From Phaeosaccion multiseriatum (taxonomy: Eukaryota; Protista; Ochrophyta, other classes): DNA of 64,000 nt. A program made the position numbers and the translations under genes. The number at the start of each line of letters is the position of its first letter. The first letter of the stretch is position 1. Where the stretch lies: assembly GCA_965112735.1 (NCBI GenBank), contig OZ218952.1:4340001-4404000 (forward strand), given 5' to 3'. The notes under the pieces are model-generated. The model was not told the DNA's origin. It saw only the letters and a program-made list of their open reading frames with translations, and searched no databases. This document shows positions 38,021-51,003 of this stretch, in pieces.

Positions 38021-38052
<32 letters not shown>

Positions 38053-38584
38053 CTCGCATTCGGCGGGCTGTTGCCGCCTTCTTCGGTTGATGGGAGGCTG
38101 CGTGCTTCCATTCACCTGTTGCTCTTCCTTGCTGTCAAGACTTTCACGCATTCATCCCCTCACCCTTCCCATCCCTTGCCCGGTGATCGAACCTCTCTCT
38201 GCTCTCCACTCTGTTCTCCACTGTGCCCTCCCTGCTCTCCTCTCTCTCCTCTCTTCTCTTTCTTCTATCTGCTCCCTCCTCTCTTCTCTCTCTACTCTCT
38301 ACTGTCCACTCTCCACTCTCCTCTCTCTGCTCTCCCCACTCCCCTTCAGACTGGGTAACGAACCCGTTTCGCGTTCGCAACTTACCCCATGCGCCAAGCA
38401 TGTCCCTAGTGGGGCAACCCGAGTACCTAACGCTGAGATGGGAGGAGGCACCTGACACCACTGACCTGGACGGGTGGCTCGTGTATGCAGACGCAACGGC
38501 CGTTGAGGAAGGACAGGTGAGTGAGGCATGATTTGCGGTCATGCGGCGTGGAAAAGGAAGGCGTGGGCGGGTGGAATAGGGCTG

Positions 38585-38638
<54 letters not shown>

Positions 38639-40197
38639 ACACACACACGCATGTACGCACAGAGAGAAGCAGGGCTGGGTGTACATATGTGCTCAGCGAT
38701 AGGCAGGGAAGAAGGGAAGAAGGGAGTCGAAGCTCTGCGATTCGAGGGGAAGAATTACATACGCTGAAGGAAGGGGCAAGAGGGAGAGTGGAAGGGGAGT
38801 GAAAGTGTTTCCCCCTACTGGTGCTGCTGTATCACCAACTGCTGCTGCCGCTGCTACTCGTGTGGCCCTCTCTGCAGGAGGAGTACATCTACGTGTCCAA
38901 CTCGACAAGCAACATGACCTTCGTTGACATCCTCGAGCACAAGCTAGTGGAGGGCAGCGACTACTCCTTCAAGGTCATGGGGTGGAACAGCGCAGGGGAC
39001 GGCACCTGGGGCAACCTCGATGGCTTCACAGGCATCTACGGACATGTCAACGTGACGCTTAACGAGACCTCTCGCGAGCTCGGATACGATGCCCTACACA
39101 CGCACCTCATTCACAAGGTGGACGTTCAGCTCGTGCCAAATGTGACCGGCTTGACGCAGCGGGGCGGTCTGGACCTTGCGTTGAGTCTTGTCGACACGGA
39201 GTGGGCCAACGGCAACTGCCAGATCGGCATGGATCTTAATATCTCTACGTACCGCGACAGTTACACAGTGGTGCTTCCCGACGGCACCATGAACACAACG
39301 GCCTACATTTACTGCGACAATTGCACCTCCGCCGAGCAGCCGTCCATGTTGGCGATTGAGCAGCTGGGATCCTTTAACAACTTCACGACATTCGCGAGCA
39401 GCTCTTGGCATGTGTTTGGCGTGCCCTGGGTGGACGTGAGGAGTGCCCAACCGGAGTCCATCGTGCTGGAGTGGATCGACCATGGCATTGACGGCGTCGA
39501 TGGATGGCGCGTCGAGTACGCAGAGACGGAAGCAGATCTCGACGGGGTGGAGGGCGTGGACATGTCGGCGCAGTACTCCCCAGACGCTTCCTTTTTGGCA
39601 CTGAGGGGCCTGGACGAGGCAACGGTATACTACACTCGAGTGGCCGGCCACAATGCCGCCATCAGCGGGCACTGGAACTACAGCACCGTCACGACTCAGA
39701 GCACGGGCATCTCCGGCCATCTCAACTTCACCATGGTTAGCACTGGGCGGGAGCCGGGCTTCCAACAACTGGTGGAGGACACCACATACGCGCTGGACTT
39801 GACTCTCCTCCCGACCATTCCGGGCTTGACGCAGGTCGGAGGACTCGAGGTGGACCTTGCGTTTAGCTCCACTAGCGGCGGTTACGGTAGCTGCCGGCTC
39901 AGTCTGAGTGAGTCGAACGGCTTCTCCACAGCTCTTTCGGTGACCTTTGCGGACGATGGGACGATGGAGAAAAGTGTGTACCTCTCGTGTGCTGACATGA
40001 CCAGCGTAGGCCAGCCGATCATCACCGCCACACGTGAGTAAGGGTGGAGCTTGCTTGCTTGCTTGCTTGCTTGCTTGGTGTATGTATGGGTCGTACCGCT
40101 GAAAGAGAGAGAGAGGCAAGCAGGAGCGGGAAAGGAGAGTATAACTGGCCGTTGCGCTGTCTTTTCATGTGTGCGTGGGTGCGTGTGTGTGCGTATG

Positions 40198-40239
<42 letters not shown>

Positions 40240-43200
40240 TGTTCGTGTTGGGGGGTTCGACTTGTCAGCTCAGCCACACCGCATCGCTCATTCAGCTCCT
40301 CACCCCAACGCCCCCTTCCCTCCCCTCCCCACCCCCCTGCCCTTCTGCTCTCTCTCCCCTCCCTGGCAAACAAGACGCGCCTGGCTCTTGGAACAACTTC
40401 ACCTCGTTCTCCACCTCGCCCATCAAGATCAGAGAGGTACCCCTCACGCCCACGGCACTCACGATCGAGCGCGAGCAACCGGACTACATTCGCTTATCCT
40501 GGTTTGACGATCCGGACAGTGATGTTGACGGATGGTATGCGGAAATTGCACTCACCGAGGCCGAGTTCGGTACCGCGTCGAGCAACGTGTCGACCTTGGA
40601 CGCCACTGGAAACCCTCTCGTGAAGTTCGGTGAGTTGGTGGAAGCTTCGACTTACTCGATGAGAGTCAAGGGCTTCAACAACGCCACGGAGGGCGACTGG
40701 AGCTCGGTCATCACGGGTCTGACCGGTGTCTCCGGTTACCTGGAGGTGACTTTGGTGGAGACGGAGACGGAGATTGGGTACGATCGGCTCCTCACTCGCA
40801 CGGCGCACACAGTGGAGGCGAAGCTGATTCCTAACCAGGCAGGGCTTGTGCAGAGCGGCGGACTCAACGTCAGGCTTCGCATCGATGACTCGCACGTATC
40901 GGTGGGGGGTTGCGAGGTGGGCAGCGCCGGTGGGGGAAGCTACGCCGAGACCTACACCCTACCCTTCTCCGCCGAGACGGACAGCATGAGCGAGACATTC
41001 GACGTTTACTGCTCCAACGTCACCCGGCACGGGCAGGGGCAGCCTCGCCTCAGTGCCAAGGAAATTAATGATGGTACTTCACGCAACAACTTCACGGAGT
41101 TTGAGAGTACTTCCTGGCTGGTATACGGAGTGCCGGTCGTGGAGGTGGACAGCGCACAGCCCGACCATGTGCAGCTGTCGTGGATAGACTACGGCATCGA
41201 TGCCAAGGACGGATGGAGGGTGGAGTACGCCTTGGCTGAGGATGACCTCGATGGCTCGGGGGGTGGCACGGTGTGGGACCTCACATCCAGTATTGAAGCC
41301 GCCAAGCTACCAAACTTGGAAGAGGCAACGACGTACTATGCTCGCGTCGCGGGCAAGGACGACACTACACCCAACGCGGCGTGGAACTTCAGCGAGGTGG
41401 TGTCACAAATCACGGGAATCACCGGGCACTTGAACGTTACACTTCTGACCACGGGAGCCGAGGTTGGCGTGCATCAACTGGTGGAGGATGTGGAGTACAC
41501 GATGCAAGTTATTCTCGACCCTACGGACGAGAGCTTGGTGCAGGTGGGCGGGATGTCGGTGGACTTCGCCATCAGTCACACGGGCAGCTACCGGGGACAG
41601 TGTCGCTTCAGCGGCACGAGCGGCTCGGACTTTGCCAGCTCACTGACCACCACCTTCGCGGACGACGGGAGCATGCTGGAGACGGCATACTTGAAGTGCA
41701 ACTCGAAGTCCACTGCTTCGCCCACTGTCGAGCTGACGCATCAGATGGGCTCTCTTAACAACTTCACCTCCTTCACCTCGCCCGACATCATCGTGAGAAG
41801 CGTGCCCAACACTCCCACGGGGCTGACGGTGGTGCATGAGCAGCCCGGTTATCTGAACCTCGAGTGGGACGAGGACACCGACAGCGACACCGACGGATTG
41901 TATGCGGAGATTGCGGAAACGGAGGCGGAGTTCGGCACCGGTACAAGCACCACCATCATTGTCAGTAGCGGATCTACCTCCGTCACCTTCGACGGGCTGG
42001 AGCAAAGTACCGCCTACTCGATGAGAGTGAAGGGATACAACGCCGCCACGGACGGCAGCTGGAGCTCTGTCATCACGGGTCACACGGGTATTGTGGGCGC
42101 CCTCAATGTAACACTCACCGACACGACGAGGGAGCTGGGTGAAGACGCCATTCACACGCGCCAGACGAAGGAGATTGTGGTGGTGCTGGAGCCTGAAGAC
42201 ACTTCTCTGACGCAAATTGGCGGACTCGACGTGCTGCTCACCATTGTGGGAAATGAGGAGGAGAATGGGCTCTGCGTCCTGGGCGGAGCCGGCAGTAGCA
42301 GTAGTAGCAGTAGTGCCTTTGAGAGCTATGGCAACAACCACACAGTGGTGTTCGCTGACGACTCGAGCATGGCGGAGGCGGCATTCATGTACTGCTACAA
42401 CGTCACCAGCGGCGCCCAGCCCTACATCATTGCGAGTGAAGTGTTTGACACGTCAAGCAACAACTTCTCCACATTTACCAGCGGCTCTTGGCATGTGTAC
42501 GGCGTGCCCAACGCCGAGGTGACCGCAGGGCAGCCGAGTTATCTCGTGACGGAGTGGGTGGACTACGGCAGTGACGCCGTCGACGGCTGGCGGATAGAGT
42601 ATTCTACCTCGCAGGCCACGCTGGAGGCGGACGGAGGAGCCTTTGTGACGTCTGACGCGCGGCTCAGGAGGCTACCCGGGTTGGATGAAGGGACCGTCTA
42701 CTATGCTCGAGTGGCGGGGCACAACGACGCCATCGGTGGGCACTGGAACTGGAGTGACATTGTGTCTTCCCAGACCGGCATCAGCGGCACCGTCAACCTC
42801 TCTCTGGCGAGCACAGGGGACGGGCTGGGCACACAGCAACTGGTGGAGGACACGGAGTATGAAGTGACCGTTACGCTCCAGCCCGACAATAACGGCATGA
42901 CGCAGATTGGGGGCCTATCGCTGGAGTTGGACTTGTCGAGCACAGCCGATGCCTACGGAAACTGCCGCCTGAGCTCCACTTCGGGTGCCTCCTACTCCAG
43001 CTCCGTCACGCTTGCCTACGCGAGCGACGGAACCATGGAGGCGACCGCGTACTTCATTTGCGACGAGTGGACCACCACAGGGGAGCCCACCGTCACCGCG
43101 ACGGAGCAGCTGGGCTCGTACAACAACTTCACTTCCTTCACCACTCCCTCCATTCGAGTCAGGAAGGTACCCAACACGCCCACGGGTCTGTTGTCGGATC

Positions 43201-46200
43201 ATGAGCAGCCTGACTACATCGATTTGGTATGGAATGAGGACGCCAGCAGCGATATTGACGGATGGTATGCGGAGATTGCGGAAACCGAGGCGGAGTTCGA
43301 TACCGTGACCAGTACGGTGATGACAGTTGCCCCGGCTAGTACGGCTGTGAGGTTCGACAGCCTCGACGAGGATACCACATATAAGATGAGAGTGAAGGGA
43401 TACAATGCGGCCACGGAGGGCAGCTGGAGCTCTGTCATCACCGGTCAGACGGGTATCTTTGGACATCTTAGCGTGCTTCTGGACGAAACGTCGCTCGAGC
43501 TCGGAGAGGACACGCTGCATACAGAGCAACATCACAAGATCGACGTGCTGCTCGTCCCGGACACGGAGTCCCTCACTCAGTCGGGGGGGCTGGAGGTCAG
43601 CCTGACCATCGAAGAGCCGGACTGGTCCTACGGAGGCTGCATGGTCGGACCTGGAAGCTCTGCCTCTTACGCCGACGAGTACTCAGTCACCTTCGCGGAC
43701 AGCGGCTCTCCGATGGCCCTCACCGCCTTTGTGTACTGCACCAACGCCACCTCCGTAGGAAGGCCCACCCTCGTCGCCAGGGAGGTGTTTGGCTCCTCTC
43801 GCAACAACTTCACCTCCTTCGAGAGCGGCTCATGGCACGTGTACGGCGTGCCGGTGGTGAATGTCACAGGGGCACAGCCTTCGTCCGTCTCGCTGGATTG
43901 GGTCGACCACGGTATTGACGCCGTCGATGGATGGCGCATCGAGTACGCAGAGACCGAGGCAGCACTGGAGGGGACGGAGGGCGTGGACATGGAAGCCGTG
44001 TTGGCTACGTCACACCCTGCGTCAGTGAGGGGCCTGCAGGAAGACACAACCTACTACATGCGTGTGGCCGGGCACAGCGATGCCATTGGTGGGCACTGGA
44101 ACTACAGCAGCGTGGTGTCTCAGCAGACGGGCATCACTGGTCACCTCAACCTCACTCTCGTCGGCACGGGTGCCGAGCTTGGGGTGGACCAGCTCGTGGA
44201 GGATACCCAATACCCGCTGTCGCTGACCCTCGAGCCCAACGACCCCTCAGCCACGCAAAATGGGGGCTACTCCGTTGTGGTGACCGTGGATGAGTCGAGC
44301 AACGACGGCGGCTGTGGGCTTCGCCTCAGCTCGGGATCGGGCTCCTACGCAACGGCAGTGACAGTCACCTACGCGGACGACGGCACCATGGAGGAGACGC
44401 TGTACATGCTCTGCACGGATAAGACAGGGGCTGGCAGCGGGAGACCCACTATTGCGACCACAGGTGGGTGGGTTGCATTGAGTGGAGTCACGGGCTGAGC
44501 AAGCCACCCCGCCCTCCATCGCATCCTCTTTCTCTTTCTGTTGCTCCCTCCTCCCACTCTCTGCCCCTCTATCTGCTCTCTCTATGTGTGTGTCTCTCTC
44601 CCTTCCCCCCCATCTCTCTCTCTTTCCCTTTTGCGCTTGCTCTCATACTCTGCTGTCTCACTCCCTTCCTCTCACTCTACCGACACTCTCTACCCTCTCG
44701 CTTTATACCTCTCGCCTTGACGCTTTGGCGTTTCAACCTCACAGGGGTGATTGGCTCATGGAACAACTTCACTGAGTATGTCACAACTGCCATTCGTGTC
44801 AGAGAGGTGCCGCTGACGCCCACGGGTCTGTTGTCGGATCATGAGCAGCCGACCTACATCAAGCTTGTGTGGGATGAGGATGCCAGCAGCGATATTGACG
44901 GATGGTATGCGGAGATTGCGGAGACCGAGGCAGAGTTCGATACCGTGACCAGTACGGTGATGACGGTGGCCGCGGCTATTACGGCTGTGAGGTTCGACAG
45001 CCTCGACGAGGACACCACATATAAGATGAGAGTGAAGGGATACAATGCAGTCACGGAGGGCAGCTGGAGCTCTGTCATCACCGGTCAGACCGGAATTCAG
45101 GGGCATCTTAGCGTGCTTCTGGACGAAACGTCGCTCGAGCTCGGAGAGGACACGCTGCATACAGAGCAACATCACAAGATCGACGTGCTGCTCGTCCCGG
45201 ACACGGAGTCCCTCACTCAGTCGGGGGGGCTGGAGGTCAGCCTGACCATCGAAGAGCCGGACTGGTCCTACGGAGGCTGTATGGTCGGACCTGGAAGCTA
45301 TGCCTCTTACGCCGACGAGTACTCAGTCACCTTCGCGGACAGCGGCTCTCCGATGGCCCTCACCGCCTTTGTGTACTGCACCAACGCCACCTCCGTAGGA
45401 AGGCCCACCCTCGTCGCCAGGGAGGTGTTAGGCTCCTCTCGCAACAACTTCACCTCCTTCGAGAGCGGCTCATGGCACGTGTACGGCGTGCCGGTGGTGA
45501 ATGTCACAGGGGCACAGCCTTCGTCCGTCTCGCTGGATTGGGTCGACCACGGTATTGACGCCGTCGATGGATGGCGCATCGAGTACGCAGAGACCGAGGC
45601 AGGACTGGAGGGGACGGAGGGCGTGGACATGGAAGCCGTGTTGGCCACGTCACACCCTGCGTCAGTGAGGGGCCTACAGGAAGACACAACCTACTACATG
45701 CGTGTGGCCGGGCACAGCGATGCCATTGGCGGGCACTGGAACTACAGCAGCGTGGTGTCTCAGCAGACGGGCATCACTGGTCACCTCAACCTCACTCTCG
45801 TCGGCACGGGTGCCGGGCTTGGGGTGGACCAGCTCGTGGAGGATACCCAATACCCGCTGTCGCTGACCCTCGAGCCCAACGACCCCTCAGCCACGCAAAA
45901 TGGGGGCTACTCCGTTGTGGTGACCGTGGATGAGTCGAGCAACGACGGCGGCTGTGGGCTTCGCCTCAGCTCGGGATCGGGCTCCTACGCAACGGCAGTG
46001 ACAGTCACCTACGCGGACGACGGCACCATGGAGGAGACGCTGTACATGCTCTGCACGGATAAGACAGGGGCTGGCAGCGGGAGACCCACTATTGCGACCA
46101 CAGGTGGGTGGGTTGCATTGAGTGGAGTGGGCTCAGTGGAATGGCGCTCTCTGTTCCTGTCTTTCGATGTCCCTCCATGGCTTCCTCTCTGTTCACTCTC

Positions 46201-49200
46201 TTTCTCACTTCCTTCTCTCTCGTCGTCTCTCTCCGCCTCTCTGCCTCACCCTTTCTCTCTCTCTTGCTCTCTCTATGTGTGTGTCTCTCTCCCTCCACCC
46301 CCGTCTTCCTCTCACTCTACCGCCACTCTCTGCCCTCTCGCTATGTACCTCTCGACTTGACGCTTTGGCATTTCAACCTCACAGGGGTCATTGGCTCATG
46401 GAACAACTTCACTGAGTACGTCACAACCGCCATCCGTATCCGAGAGGTGCCACTGACTCCCACAGGGCTGAGCGTGGAGCACGAGCAGCCAAGCTACATC
46501 GACGTCTCATGGAGCGCGGACTCCAGCAGCGACGTTGATGGATGGTATGTGGAGATTGCGGAGACCGAGGCAGAGTTCGATACCGTGACGAGCACCGTGG
46601 TGACGGTGGCCGGTGCCAGCATCACCTCGCTTCGGTTCGACGGCCTCGACGAGGACACCACATATAAGATGAGAGTGAAGGGATACAATGCAGCCACCGA
46701 TGAGGGCAGCTGGAGCTCTGTCATCACCGGTCAGACGGGTATCTTTGGACATCTTAGCGTGCTTCTGGACGAAACGTCGCTCGAGCTCGGAGAGGACACG
46801 CTGCATACAGAGCAACATCACAAGATCGATGTGCTGCTCGTCCCGGACACGGAGTCCCTCACTCAGTCGGGAGGGCTGGAGGTCAGCCTGACCATCGAAG
46901 AGCCGGACTGGTCCTACGGAGGCTGTATGGTCGGACCTGGAAGCTATGCCTCTTACGCCGACGAGTACTCAGTCACCTTCGCGGACAGCGGCTCTCCGAT
47001 GGCCCTCACGGCCTTTGTGTACTGCACCAACGCCACCTCCGTAGGAAGACCCACCCTCGTCGCCAGGGAGGTGTTCGGCTCCTCTCGCAACAACTTCACC
47101 TCCTTCGAGAGCGGCTCATGGCACGTGTACGGCGTGCCGGTGGTGAATGTCACAGGGGCACAGCCTTCGTCCGTCTCGCTGGATTGGGTCGACCACGGTA
47201 TTGACGCCGTCGATGGATGGCGCATCGAGTACGCAGAGACCGAGGCAGCACTGGAGGGGACGGAGGGCGTGGACATGGAAGCCGTGTTGGCTACGTCACA
47301 CCCTGCGTCAGTGAGGGGCCTACAGGAAGACACAACCTACTACATGCGTGTGGCCGGGCACAGCGATGCCATTGGCGGGCACTGGAACTACAGCAGCGTG
47401 GTGTCTCAGCAGACGGGCATCACTGGTCACCTCAACCTCACTCTCGTCAGCACGGGTGCCGAGCTTGGGGTGGACCAGCTCGTGGAGGATACCCAATACC
47501 CGCTGTCGCTGACCCTCGAGCCCAACGACCCCTCAGCCACACAAAATGGGGGCTACTCCGTGGCGATGGCAGTGGATGAGTCGAGCAACGACGGCGGCTG
47601 TGGGCTTCGCCTCAGCTCGGGATCGGGCTCCTACGCAACGGCAGTGACAGTCACCTACGCGGACGACGGCACTATGGAGGAGACGCTGTACATGCTCTGC
47701 ACGAATAAGACAGGGGCTGGCAGCGGGAGACCCACTATTGCGACCACAGGTGGGTGGGTGGGGGAGTTACGGCATGATTGGAAAAAGGGTTCAGTGGAAT
47801 GGCTCACGCTCTTCCCGTTTTTCCCCTCTATCTCTCAATCTCGCTTCCTCTCTTTCTCCCTCCTCTGGCTTTTCTCTCTCGCTTCCTCCCTCTCTCACTC
47901 CATCCCTCCCTTTCCCTCAATCTACCGCCCTCTCTATCCTCTCGCTACGTATGTATGTATGTATGTATGTATGTATGTATGTATGTATGTATGCATGCAT
48001 GTGTTGACACTCTGACCTTACTTCTCTGGCTTACTCTCCCGTGTGGCGTTTCAACCTCACAGGAGTGATTGGCTCATGGAACAACTTCACTGAGTACGTC
48101 ACAACTGCCATCCGTATTCGAGAGGTGCCACTGATGCCCACAGGGCTGAGCGTGGAGCACGAGCAGCCAAGCTACATCGACGTCTCATGGAGCGCGGACT
48201 CCAGCAGCGACGTTGATGGATGGTATGTGGAGATTGCGGAGACCGAGGCAGAGTTCGATACCGTGACGAGTACCGTGGTGACGGTGGCCGGTGCCAGCAT
48301 CACCTCGCTTCGGTTCGACGGCCTCGACGAAGACACCACTTACAAGATGAGAGTGAAGGGATACAATGCAGCCACCGATGAGGGCAGCTGGAGCTCTGTC
48401 ATCACCGGTCAGACGGGTATCTCTGGACATCTTAGCGTGCTTCTGGACGAAACGTCGCTCGAGCTCGGAGAGGACACGCTGCATACAGAGCAACATCACA
48501 AGATCGACGTGCTGCTCATCCCGGACACGGAGTCCCTCACTCAGTCGGGAGGGCTGGAGGTCAGCCTGACCATCGAAGAGCCGGACTGGTCCTACGGAGG
48601 CTGTATGGTCGGACCTGGAAGCTATGCCTCTTACGCCGACGAGTACTCAGTCACCTTCGCGGACAGCGGCTCTCCGATGGCCCTCACGGCCTTTGTGTAC
48701 TGCACCAACGCCACCTCCGTAGGAAGACCCACCCTCGTCGCCAGGGAGGTGTTCGGCTCCTCACGCAACAACTTCACCTCCTTCGAGAGCGGCTCATGGC
48801 ACGTGTACGGCGTGCCGGTGGTGAATGTCACAGGGGCACAGCCTTCGTCCGTCTCGCTGGATTGGGTCGACCACGGTATTGACGCCGTCGATGGATGGCG
48901 CATCGAGTACGCAGAGACCGAGGCAGGACTGGAGGGGACGGAGGGCGTGGACATGGAAGCCGTGTTGGCCACGTCACACCCTGCGTCAGTGAGGGGCCTA
49001 CAGGAAGACACAACCTACTACATGCGTGTGGCCGGGCACAGCGATGCCATTGGCGGGCACTGGAACTACAGCAGCGTGGTGTCTCAGCAGACGGGAATCA
49101 CTGGTCACCTCAACCTCACTCTCGTCAGCACGGGTGCCGAGCTTGGGGTGGACCAGCTCGTGGAGGATACCCAATACCCGCTGTCGCTGACCCTCGAGCC

Positions 49201-50970
49201 CAACGACCCCTCAGCCACACAGGTGGGGGGCTACTCCGTGGCGATGGCAGTGGATGAGTCGAGCAACGACGGCGGCTGTGGGCTTCGCCTCAGCTCGGGA
49301 TCGGGCTCCTACGCAACGGCAGTGACAGTCACCTACGCGGACGACGGCACCATGGAGGAGACGCTGTACATGCTCTGCACGAATAAGACAGGGGCTGGCA
49401 GCGGGAGACCCACTATTGCTGCCACAGGTGGGTGGGTTAGGCTACCTCACTCTCTCCCTCCCCTTTTCATCCTCTGTCTCTCCCTCCCCTTTTCATCCTC
49501 TGTCTCTCTCTGCATATGTGTGTGTGTGTGTTGCTCTCTGTCTGTCTCAACCTCTCTCTCGCTTCTTCCCTCTCTCCCTCTCCGCCCCTCTCCTCTCTCT
49601 CTGCTCTCTCTCTCTCTCTGCTCTCTCTCTACGTGTGTGTGGTGCACAAACCTCTGACCTTCCTCTTGGCCCCTTGCTCCTCGCGTTTTGACCCGTCTCG
49701 CGGTGTTCCAACCCCACAGGCTTGATTGGCTCATGGAACAACTTCACTGAGTACGTCACAACTGCCATCCGTATCCGAGAGGTGCCACTGATGCCCACAG
49801 GGCTGAGCGTGGAGCACGAGCAACCAAGCTACATCGACGTCTCATGGAGCGCGGACTCCAGCAGCGACGTATCTTCTTGGTACGGGCAGATCGTGGCGAC
49901 TGCCAACGTGTCGGCTTTCAACGCCACGGACGAGGAAGCATCCCTCAACGACGCCATTGCTTCGTTCACAGTGGCTAGTGCCAGCACTACCTCGCTTCGG
50001 TTCGACGGGCTGAGTGAAGACACAAACTACACCATGCGAATCAGAGGTCAAAATCCAGCAGCCACAGGGGCGGAGGGGGGCGCCTGGACCGTCAACACGC
50101 AGACCGGCAGGACCGGCATCACAGGGAGAGTGAATGTGACCGTGGCAGCCACTGACCGGCAGCTGGGCGCCGACACCATCCAGAACGACATGGTTCATAT
50201 GCTGGAGGTGAAACTCCTCGCGAGTCAGGAGGGGCTCCACCAGAGCGGCGGACTGGACGTGCGTCTGGAGGTTCAGAGGCCCGAGTGGCAGTACGGGGCA
50301 TGCCAGGTTACGAACGGTAGTGCCGGTGGTGTTGAGGGGCTCTCCTCGTACGGAAACCAAGCGGTGGTGACCTTCGCAGACGATGGCTCCATGACAGAGC
50401 CCGCCTATCTTCTCTGCACCAATGTCACCACGGACCTCGGGGAGCCGTCACTCATCGCCACAGAGGTATTTGGCGACCGCGTATCAAGAAACAACTTTAC
50501 AAGCTTAGCGAGCGAGTCGTGGCAGGTGTTCGGTGTGCCCACCTCTCGTGTGACTCACGGGCAGCCTTCCAATCTCCGGGTGGAGTGGGAGGCCTACGGG
50601 GTCGAGTGGCCGGACGGTTGGCTGGTGCAGTACGCCCGCCTGGAAACCGACCTGGAAGGCACCACGGACGGACAGCTGTGGGATGTGGTTACGTACGACT
50701 CCTTCACAACTCTGCGAGATCTCAACGAGAGCACTGAATACTTGGTCCGTGTGGCGGGCAAGAACGACAACGTCTCTACACCCAACTGGGGCAACGTCGT
50801 CGCCAACACAACGGGGGTGACGGGGTGGATCAACATCTCTCACGTAATGAGTGACTCGGCCCTTGGGGAGATTCGCCTTGCTTCGGAGTACGCCCATGAG
50901 CTGGCCGTGGAGCTCCGTCCGACGTATGAGAACTTGACGCAGGTGGGTGTGCGTATCTGCCTGTCGGTCG

Positions 50971-51003
<33 letters not shown>

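Noticed and set aside
39094-50360. Recurring minus-strand and alternate-frame ORFs within the giant gene
   Set aside because: They recur only because the sense exons are duplicated; GC-rich shadow ORFs.
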